Shown: piece by piece, positions 45,291 to 51,678 of the stretch
How positions within the stretch are numbered: position 1 is the stretch's first letter
How the letters are laid out: every line of letters starts with the position of its first letter
Program-made: the position numbers and the translations under genes
The notes under the pieces: model-generated
What the model saw: the letters and a program-made list of their open reading frames with translations, nothing else
What the model was told of the DNA's origin: nothing
The model's database searches: none
Source: a virus
DNA: 51,678 bases
Direction: 5' to 3' (one strand)
Virus record (IMG/VR): IMGVR_UViG_3300010162_000002

Positions 45291-45745
45291 TCTATATTAT
45301 CAAAACTGAAGACGACACCACAAGATCGATGATATTCGATAGCCCTGTGTAAAAACTCTGTTGTTACCTGACAGCATTCGGCTACAGCATATTCACCGTA
45401 AGTGCCGTTTTGCCGGAATGCCGCTTCAATTTCTTCGGGTGTGCAATACTCCCTGTACGCCCAATTTCTTGCCCTAGCCTCTTGTTTCATGCGATTGTTG
45501 CGCATAATAGGCGAATTAAATGTAGGGGTGACCGTATAAAACTCCATTGTTTCAAAGTGTCCCAATTCTTCCGCCAGCACTGACGCTTCATCCGATTTAC
45601 CACATAATGCGCCTTTATTTAATGCTATAGATTTTTTGCCATGGACAATATGACTCATGGCCTTAATTGTGTCACATATAGCAAAGTTGTTTATTTTTAT
45701 GGAATTACCGTGTAAGCGACTTTCGATGCATTCTAGCTTCGTCAT
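45281..45745 (-). CDS. ImmA/IrrE-like (DUF955) anti-repressor protease homologue with a degenerate motif
   Basis: Located immediately downstream of the XRE repressor. LAEELGHFE sits where HExxH is expected (first His replaced by Glu). Confidence 0.55.
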   Translation of the reverse strand: MTKLECIESRLHGNSIKINNFAICDTIKAMSHIVHGKKSIALNKGALCGKSDEASVLAEELGHFETMEFYTVTPTFNSPIMRNNRMKQEARARNWAYREYCTPEEIEAAFRQNGTYGEYAVAECCQVTTEFLHRAIEYHRSCGVVFSFDNIDCA

Positions 45746-45767
45746 ATAATCACCTCTATGTCGTGTC

Positions 45768-46100
45768 CTAATCCGGTTGTGATAGTATAAATTTGGTGTA
45801 TTCGGCTATTTTGTCGACCTGGGCTTGCGATAGCTCGTCCACGCCTTCGAATGCTACCATTACTTGTTTTAATGCCTTTGGGACTTCTAGTATTTGCGGG
45901 GTTGGGTCTTCGGACAGGCCCAGTAGGTAGTCCGTGGTGACGTTGAAATGTTGCGCAAGCTTGGAGACAATGGCGGAATTTGGCACTGTTCCGTTTTTCC
46001 AAGATGTTACGCTCCCAGATGATACTCCGAGTTTCTTTGCGACAGTGTTAACATTGCTATTATTCTGCTTTGCCAATAGATCGAATCGTTCAAAAAACAT
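45768..46100 (-). CDS. XRE-family HTH repressor (CI/ImmR-like)
   Basis: NTVAKKLGVSSGSVTSWKNGTVPNSAIVSKLAQHFNVTTDYLLG. aggaggtg RBS. Confidence 0.85.
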   Translation of the reverse strand: MFFERFDLLAKQNNSNVNTVAKKLGVSSGSVTSWKNGTVPNSAIVSKLAQHFNVTTDYLLGLSEDPTPQILEVPKALKQVMVAFEGVDELSQAQVDKIAEYTKFILSQPD

Positions 46101-46114
46101 TAATACTCACCTCC

Positions 46115-46143
46115 TTGAAAATCTCACTATATTGAGATACAAT
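46115..46143 (+). promoter_or_regulatory. promoter TTGAAA-17-TACAAT with an 18-bp palindromic operator in the spacer
   Basis: ATCTCActatatTGAGAT at 46121-46138, read directly. Confidence 0.55.
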
Positions 46144-46206
46144 AACCCCAACCAAATGGCATTGGATTTATCGTGCAAGCATCTGCGCTAGAAATGGGGA
46201 ATATAC

Positions 46207-46659
46207 GTGAATAAACGCGAAAAAATGAAAAACAATGCATATTTATTCGGGATATCGTTCATCCCCTATGTTGCCAACTTCACACAAGACGAATTGATTC
46301 GCGTGTATCATTGGCTGAACTCGGGGTGCGATGCCGTGCACTTCAATGAAAAAGGTTGGGATGATAGATTTCCGCCAAAGCCAAAAGAAATGCAAGGTGA
46401 TAATGCTCCTTATTATACTGTCGCTGTAATGGAAGCTATTGCTAGTGTTGTAGGATACAAGGCTATATACAAGTGGCATGCTGTTAACGTACGTCGTTAT
46501 AATGAGGATGAAAGTGAAAAGGCTCGTTCCCTTGACGAGCGGGGACAACTTTTCGAAGACTGGTACGAACTCCAAGTCCAAAAAGCTGTACTGCACCCGC
46601 ATACCACTACTCCAATCGGATCCTTTTCTAATTACACGAGAGCAAAACCGAAACGATAA
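46207..46659 (+). CDS. hypothetical protein (150 aa)
   Basis: GTG start downstream of the operator/promoter. No motif recognised. Confidence 0.5.
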   Translation: MNKREKMKNNAYLFGISFIPYVANFTQDELIRVYHWLNSGCDAVHFNEKGWDDRFPPKPKEMQGDNAPYYTVAVMEAIASVVGYKAIYKWHAVNVRRYNEDESEKARSLDERGQLFEDWYELQVQKAVLHPHTTTPIGSFSNYTRAKPKR

Positions 46660-46972
46660 ACGTTACCACGGAAACCGCAAGAGCGAACAATGGTATGAGT
46701 ACAGAAAACCAATATTTGAACCAGTTTTCCCTTTCTGATAATTCGTAATTTCTAAGAACCCTCTTTGCTGTGTCGTTTAACTGAAACATCCCGATTCCTC
46801 TTGGTTCTTCTTTGTAGGGCGGGTATTCGGTTTTTGCCATAACTGTTCTTTCGAACAAATATTTTTCAACAACAGAAAAATGCTCCGTGCCAAATTTTTT
46901 AATTAGATTGTCGTAGCTCACGCACTTTTTGCGCTTCACGTACTTTAAAAACTTAGCATCCAGTTTCTCCAT
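46628..46972 (-). CDS. C-terminally membrane-anchored hypothetical protein
   Basis: Internal ATG (MEKLDAKF) with aagaggg RBS is preferred. The track start at 47074 would overlap the early promoter -35 element. Confidence 0.4.
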   Translation of the reverse strand: MEKLDAKFLKYVKRKKCVSYDNLIKKFGTEHFSVVEKYLFERTVMAKTEYPPYKEEPRGIGMFQLNDTAKRVLRNYELSERENWFKYWFSVLIPLFALAVSVVTFIVSVLLSCN

Positions 46973-47042
46973 GCGACCCTCTTCGATAAATTTATTTATG
47001 CACTCTGCACAAAAGCAGGGTGTTTTTTGTTGCTGAAAAATA

Positions 47043-47062
47043 TTTCTCAATATTTTAAGAAA
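47043..47062. promoter_or_regulatory. imperfect palindrome TTTCTCAAtattTTAAGAAA (third operator-like site)
   Basis: Shares the TCTCAA half-site with the two 18-bp operators. Confidence 0.35.
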
Positions 47063-47067
47063 ATGTA

Positions 47068-47096
47068 TTGACATCTCAAATAATTGAGATTATAAT
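47068..47096 (+). promoter_or_regulatory. consensus early promoter TTGACA-17-TATAAT with a palindromic operator in the spacer
   Basis: ATCTCAAataaTTGAGAT at 47073-47090, read directly. Confidence 0.7.
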
Positions 47097-47143
47097 AGAA
47101 CCATGTTCAGCAACACCCCAGCAAACCCAAGGAGGAAACCCAA

Positions 47144-47515
47144 ATGACATACAACAAATCAGAAATCATGAAAAGCGCATGGAACATGTACAACAAAAGC
47201 CTAGCATCAAAAGCAGTAGCAAAAAGAACAGGCATAACCACATTTGCTTCTGCGTTAAAACTTTCTTGGGAAAATGCAAAATTAAAATCACAAACAAAAG
47301 TAACATCAACAATCGGCTGGGCAAGCATTAGAAGCTTAGCATCTGGTGACACAATCAAAGTAGCACCACCGGGATGCGCGTCGCTTTTCAAAATCAAAAC
47401 AGTAGCAACAATCGAAACATCTGGCAACGGATTTGCAGGCATTGATGTAACTTTCACAGACGGTACAGTAAGAGTATTTAGAAGCTTTGATGTGGTTGAA
47501 CGCCTAGCCGCGTAA
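47144..47515 (+). CDS. first early-operon protein (123 aa), hypothetical
   Basis: aaggagga RBS. N-terminal motif shared with 38108..38581. Confidence 0.55.
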   Translation: MTYNKSEIMKSAWNMYNKSLASKAVAKRTGITTFASALKLSWENAKLKSQTKVTSTIGWASIRSLASGDTIKVAPPGCASLFKIKTVATIETSGNGFAGIDVTFTDGTVRVFRSFDVVERLAA

Positions 47516-47601
47516 AATACAAATCGAACTTAGTTCGACAATTGTAAATGCATATATGGCGCGTGTCAATAACTGGATTAGACTTAGAGGGGAGGTAAAT
47601 C

Positions 47602-47805
47602 ATGGTAGATGGTAAAGAAATAGAACGCCTTAGGACATTAAAGGGGTGGACGCAGGATGAGTTGGGCGAAAAAGTAGGCGTATCTGGAAGATTTATAGGC
47701 TATCTGGAGAAGGGGACCAGGAAAACCGACACAGATAAGATCAAGCTCATTGCGGATGAGCTGGGCGTTCTGGTGGATGATTTATATAAAAAAGATTCTG
47801 CTTAA
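47602..47805 (+). CDS. XRE-family HTH protein (Cro-like)
   Basis: LRTLKGWTQDELGEKVGVSGRFIGYLEKG. ggggagg RBS. Confidence 0.75.
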   Translation: MVDGKEIERLRTLKGWTQDELGEKVGVSGRFIGYLEKGTRKTDTDKIKLIADELGVLVDDLYKKDSA

Positions 47806-47856
47806 CTGTGGGCAAAAACAAAAAAACCTCAAAGAGGCGGATGGGAGGCGGATTTA

Positions 47857-48159
47857 ATGCAAGACAGTGAGAAACTCCTTGGGGAGATGCAAAAACTAAA
47901 GGAAGCCCTGTCCGCCTTCATGTCAGAGGGAAAGCAGCCCAAGCAACATGAATATTTGACAATAAGCGAGCTGGCCGCACGATTAAGCATTTCCGCTAAT
48001 GGTGCGCGTTGCTTAGCAAGGTCGCAGTATTTGCGCAATATTAAAGGGGCTGTCCTCAATGTGAACCAAAAAGGCCCAAAGGGAAAGTATGAGAAGCTGC
48101 GAGTGCGGCTTGACGCAGCAATAAAGATTTTTCAAGCATATCCGGGAACTTATTCATAG
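47857..48159 (+). CDS. hypothetical protein with a putative HTH (excisionase-like?)
   Basis: Contains YLTISELAARLSISANGARCLAR. Confidence 0.45.
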   Translation: MQDSEKLLGEMQKLKEALSAFMSEGKQPKQHEYLTISELAARLSISANGARCLARSQYLRNIKGAVLNVNQKGPKGKYEKLRVRLDAAIKIFQAYPGTYS

Positions 48160-48172
48160 AAAGGAGATTCTT

Positions 48173-48400
48173 ATGTACAAATTTGATTTTGCTCTAATTG
48201 GAGCATATTTCGCTCACTGCGAAGAATATGGCTTAGAGCCAACTTGGAATGGAGCAGCTACATTTAGAGGGATTGTCAAGCTAAATTATCTAGCTGCCAT
48301 CCATGATTACGGCTGGCTAGATACGCCTACTACATGGCGTGGGTATTTGGTATCACTGGCCGCAATTAGCCGACAGAGGGGAGGGGATCAAGTTGCCTGA
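48173..48400 (+). CDS. hypothetical protein (75 aa)
   Basis: aaaggag RBS. Confidence 0.45.
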   Translation: MYKFDFALIGAYFAHCEEYGLEPTWNGAATFRGIVKLNYLAAIHDYGWLDTPTTWRGYLVSLAAISRQRGGDQVA

Positions 48401-48563
48401 TGGAAAGATGTGTGGCACGTGCCGCTTCTACAGACACACGGAGGATCTGGGTCATTACTGTAGCAACGAAAAAAGCGAAGGTTTCGCGGAAAACGTTAAA
48501 TACGGTGATTCATGTAGCGAATGGGGAGACTCAGATGAAAGTCAGCCAAATCAACAAAAATAA
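48393..48563 (+). CDS. small Cys-containing protein (56 aa)
   Basis: TTG at 48393 after ggggagggg. Contains CGTCRFY...C...C. Alternative ATG at 48408. Confidence 0.4.
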   Translation: MPDGKMCGTCRFYRHTEDLGHYCSNEKSEGFAENVKYGDSCSEWGDSDESQPNQQK

Positions 48564-48669
48564 GCCACCAATGCTTGGGGCAAAAGGCGGCTAATCAAAA
48601 AAATCTATGGAGTAGACTTTCTGCGCTTATTTTAACAGATAAGGCGCGGAAACACAAGGAGGAAGTTGC

Positions 48670-49680
48670 ATGAAACAACTTATTACCATCAAGCGATTGC
48701 CTGAAATTGAAGCGCATTTACAAGCATTATCAGGACAGATAGATGATCGCGTTAGTAGCGCGCTGTCTCTTGCGGTTACAGAAGAAACCGTAAAGGAAGT
48801 TAAGAAGGTGCGCGCGGAATTAAATAAAGAATCTGCGCCACTTAAAGAGGAATTTCGCGCTGCTGAAAGCAAAATTCTACAACCATGGTATGAGTTTAAA
48901 GAAACCGCGAAGTCGCTTGTGTTTGATAAATATGTGGATGCAGACTTGCAACTAAAAAACCGCATTAGCGAAGTAGAGGATGGTTTAAAAGCCAAGAAAC
49001 ATGCAGAGCTTGCGGAATATTTTGACGAGCTGCTTACAACCACAGGCATTGACTTTGTGACGATGGGAACATGGAATCCCAATGTAACATTATCGGTAAC
49101 ATTGCCAGCGTTAAAAAAACAGGCAAGCGAATTTGTTAGCAAAATTGCAGATGATGTAGCTGCTATAGAAAACATGGAGAACAGCGCGGAAATTCTCGTT
49201 GAATACAAAAAATGCTCGTCTTTGGCGCAAGCAGTAAGCACTGTAATCGCGCGGCACAAGGCAGTGAAAAGCGAAAAACGCCGCCAAGAAGATGCGAAAC
49301 AAGCGCAAACTGTGGCAGATATGGCACAGCCATTACCGCCACAAGCGCAAGCTGTGCAAGAAATTGTAAAGGTTAAGTTCGAGAGCAAATCCAATCCCGG
49401 CACATATTCCGAACGCGAATATAGCTATTTCACAGCCATACCGCTGGTCGTTGGCGATATCGTGCTTGTGCCGGTAAAAAATGGCGAGGGTAAGGCAATT
49501 GTTACGGAAACTGATGTGTTACCGTTTGATGTTGGTTGCGATATTTCTTTGCTGAAATCAATAACGGCCAAGCACGAAAAAGACCCGGTACACACTATAG
49601 CCATTACTGTAACCGCATCGCTATCGAAATTAAAAGAATTGAAGGCATTTTTAGTAGATGGTGGGTACAGATATGAGTGA
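48670..49680 (+). CDS. DUF1351-like protein of the recombination module
   Basis: MKQLITIKRLPEIEAHLQ... coiled-coil architecture typical of DUF1351. Immediately upstream of erf. Confidence 0.55.
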   Translation: MKQLITIKRLPEIEAHLQALSGQIDDRVSSALSLAVTEETVKEVKKVRAELNKESAPLKEEFRAAESKILQPWYEFKETAKSLVFDKYVDADLQLKNRISEVEDGLKAKKHAELAEYFDELLTTTGIDFVTMGTWNPNVTLSVTLPALKKQASEFVSKIADDVAAIENMENSAEILVEYKKCSSLAQAVSTVIARHKAVKSEKRRQEDAKQAQTVADMAQPLPPQAQAVQEIVKVKFESKSNPGTYSEREYSYFTAIPLVVGDIVLVPVKNGEGKAIVTETDVLPFDVGCDISLLKSITAKHEKDPVHTIAITVTASLSKLKELKAFLVDGGYRYE

Positions 49681-50335
49681 CAATAAAATTTATGCGGCAA
49701 TTACTGCGATAATGGGCGATGTTGGCGCGGTTGGCAAAAACCAAAAGAATCAGTCGCAAGGGTTTCTATATCGTGGAATTGATACCGTGATGAACGCGTT
49801 ACAACCGGCATTGGTGAAACATGGGGTGTTTGTTGTGCCGGAAATTTTGGAACAAACACGCGAAGAGCGACAGACTGCGAAAGGTACAAATTTAATTTAT
49901 TCCATTTGCAAGATAAAGTACACGTTCTACGCAAGTGATGGCAGCAACATATCGGCAATTACAATTGGCGAAGGAATGGACAGCGGTGACAAAGCAACAA
50001 ATAAAGCTATGGCTATAGCATTTAAATACGCATGTTTCCAAGTTTTTTGTATGCCAACCGAAGAAATGAAAGACCCCGACGGCGAAAGCCCGGAAGTTCT
50101 GTCAAAAAAAGAGCAATCAACTGTAATTTCTAAACAGCAGCGAGAATGGCTATTTAGGCTTGCGCGTGCGCGGGAAGACGTTTGCAAGGCAGCTCTTGGA
50201 AAATATGGCTATGTATCAACGAAAGACGTTAAAGGATCTGATTATGAAAGTATATGTGAAGAAATTACGCGAATCAATGGCGAAATTGATGGTGATGTAC
50301 GCGGTCAACAGCCAACAAAATTAGACCATTTATAA
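49673..50335 (+). CDS. erf: Erf-family single-strand annealing recombinase
   Basis: IYAAITAIMGDVGAVGKNQKNQSQGFLYRGIDTVMNALQPALVKHGV...GEGMDSGDKATNKAMAIAFKYA is the ERF signature. Confidence 0.85.
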   Translation: MSDNKIYAAITAIMGDVGAVGKNQKNQSQGFLYRGIDTVMNALQPALVKHGVFVVPEILEQTREERQTAKGTNLIYSICKIKYTFYASDGSNISAITIGEGMDSGDKATNKAMAIAFKYACFQVFCMPTEEMKDPDGESPEVLSKKEQSTVISKQQREWLFRLARAREDVCKAALGKYGYVSTKDVKGSDYESICEEITRINGEIDGDVRGQQPTKLDHL

Positions 50336-50351
50336 AAAGGGGGTGTGGGGC

Positions 50352-51038
50352 ATGTATGCGGAAATAAAAGCTAAAGTCAACAAAGAAACATCAAGCGGCA
50401 CATTGCTACATGTCCTCATTCCCAATGTATCGGCAACAGATTATTTAAAAAAATACACAGGCAGCGACACGTTAATTGGCGAGTTACGTATAGACGATGG
50501 GCGTACTATCCGCGCTGACCAGCGCAAAAAAGCGTGGGCAATTCTTCATGATATAGAAGACTGGAATGGTGACGATGCCGAAACTAACCATTGGTGGTTG
50601 AAGCGAGAATATAGGCGAAAAAGTGGCGAATCTAAGTTTTCTTTATCTAATTGCTCTGTAACCACTGCGCGACACTATATATCATTTTTACTGGATTTTT
50701 GCCTTTCCTGGGATGTGCCGCTATCCGAATCATTGCTTAATCGCACAGACGATATCAATGCCGCGCTATACGCTACATTGATGAATAAAAAGTGCATCGT
50801 ATGTGGGCATGATGGGGAATTGCACCATGTAGATGTTGTGGGCATGGGGCGCAGTAGGCTGGAAATATGCCACATAGGCATGAGTGTGATGTGTTTATGT
50901 AGAAAACATCATAGCGAGGCTCATTTATCTGGAAAAGATACATTTAATAGTCGATATCACATCTATGGAATCAATGCAAACCAGGAAATATGTGATACCT
51001 GGAGACTTAACACCGATAGAAAAACAGATGGGAGTTAA
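50352..51038 (+). CDS. HNH-motif nuclease domain protein (DUF968-like)
   Basis: Contains CIVCGHDGELHHV...CLCRKHHSEAH. ATG at 50352 follows a ggggg RBS. Confidence 0.55.
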   Translation: MYAEIKAKVNKETSSGTLLHVLIPNVSATDYLKKYTGSDTLIGELRIDDGRTIRADQRKKAWAILHDIEDWNGDDAETNHWWLKREYRRKSGESKFSLSNCSVTTARHYISFLLDFCLSWDVPLSESLLNRTDDINAALYATLMNKKCIVCGHDGELHHVDVVGMGRSRLEICHIGMSVMCLCRKHHSEAHLSGKDTFNSRYHIYGINANQEICDTWRLNTDRKTDGS

Positions 51039-51041
51039 AAT

Positions 51042-51578
51042 ATGTTAAAACCTAAGGACTTTACAGGCAGAGAGGTACCGCTTGAGATTATAGAGCAGGG
51101 GCTTAAGGATAGCGATTGGCGTGTACGCAATGCGGCAATGATAGCCTGCCAAGGCAGAGAGGTACCGCTTGAGATTATATAGCAGGGGCTTAAGGATAGC
51201 GATTGGCGTGTACGCAATGCGGCAATGAAGTTGTGGGTCGAAAAAGGAAATGCATATCCACTAATCCGCACAATAGAACCACCGACTACAGTATACAAAA
51301 AATGCCTAGGCGGTATTATCGTGTGCGCAACTATACCTTCGTATGCGCAAATTAGAGGTAGCTACGGCGGCAAATGCAGAGCAAGTGCGGCAATTATAAC
51401 AAGCGTAATCGGCACATATTATGGCGAGTCTATTGGGGTATCGCTTCACGACAAAAAAACGACTTATCGCACTGGCGACGAAGTTGAGATTTCAGATTTT
51501 AATATGAGCGATGCTGAATGTGCGGCCGGATATCATTTCTTTTGCACTGAATATGAAGCAAGGAAATATTATCATTAA
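51042..51578 (+). pseudogene. HEAT-repeat protein gene interrupted by an in-frame TAG at 51180-51182
   Basis: ATG at 51042. Two GREVPLEII(E/*)QGLKDSDWRVRNAAM repeats. The frame continues without shift into track ORF 51225..51578. Confidence 0.55.
51066..51228 (+). repeat. tandem duplication: two 76-nt copies with an 87-bp period, differing at one base
   Basis: 51066-51141 versus 51153-51228 are identical except G51093/T51180, which changes GAG to TAG. Confidence 0.9.
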
Positions 51579-51678
51579 ATTAAATAATTAAAAAAACAAG
51601 AAAGGAGAATCACATGGAAAAAGCAAGGAAATATTATCATTAAATTAAATAATTAAAAAAACAAGAAAGGAGAATCAC
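51566..51678. repeat. terminal copy of the 113-bp segment (= 1-113)
   Basis: Direct comparison with the window start. Confidence 0.9.

Noticed and set aside
48627-49403. 258-aa minus-strand ORF opposite the DUF1351-like gene
   Set aside because: Its Ser/Ala/Cys/Phe-rich composition is typical of an antisense frame of a Lys/Glu-rich coiled-coil gene. The plus-strand gene has an RBS, a family-like sequence and operon context.
51180-51182. Genome-wide TAG stop-codon reassignment with a suppressor tRNA
   Set aside because: TAG terminates several well-supported genes (those ending at 1218, 7594, 17512 and 19693). All other long genes are intact under the standard code, and no CUA anticodon loop could be found in the tRNA-like elements.
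1-51678. A CRISPR array anywhere in the window
   Set aside because: The only repeats seen are a 65-bp tandem at the junction, an 87-bp coding duplication, 11-bp iterons and 7-10-bp TGACTAC repeats. None has the repeat-spacer periodicity of an array.

Overview
The window is a complete temperate siphovirus-type phage genome. The first 113 bp are identical to the last 113 bp, so the unique length is about 51.57 kb and the sequence is circular or circularly permuted. GGAGG-type ribosome-binding sites, an Amidase_3 endolysin, an XhlA-like protein and an ImmR/ImmA-type switch suggest a Firmicutes/Clostridia-like host. All calls come from reading the ORF track and sequence motifs; no database search was run.

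Module order:
- Early and replication genes (47.1 kb, wrapping through 0 to 8.6 kb): Cro-like HTH, DUF1351-like protein, Erf recombinase, HNH protein, a HEAT-repeat gene broken by an amber codon, tRNA-like elements, a DnaD-like initiator with internal iterons, an SNF2-helicase/DNA-methylase fusion, and a PAPS-reductase-like protein.
- A late regulator followed by a multi-terminator leader.
- Packaging, head and tail genes (8.9-29 kb), including a canonical -1 frameshift in the tail chaperone and a reverse-oriented two-gene cassette inserted just before the tape measure gene.
- Lysis genes (29-30.4 kb).
- A long accessory island (30.4-42.7 kb).
- attP carrying the 3' half of a tRNA-Arg, a tyrosine integrase, and the lysogeny switch (42.7-47.1 kb).

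The most interesting candidate lies at 38.7-42.6 kb, directly beside attP. It is a translationally coupled operon encoding a small helical protein, a Cas7-like RAMP, a double-HTH protein, a Cas5-like RAMP and a B12-domain radical SAM enzyme. A possible Csf1-like zinc-finger gene sits nearby at 36.5 kb. I see no CRISPR array, adaptation genes, Cas6, nuclease or helicase anywhere in the genome. The layout is type IV-B-like, with a radical SAM enzyme where CysH would normally be. This is inferred from motifs only and needs profile and structure searches.
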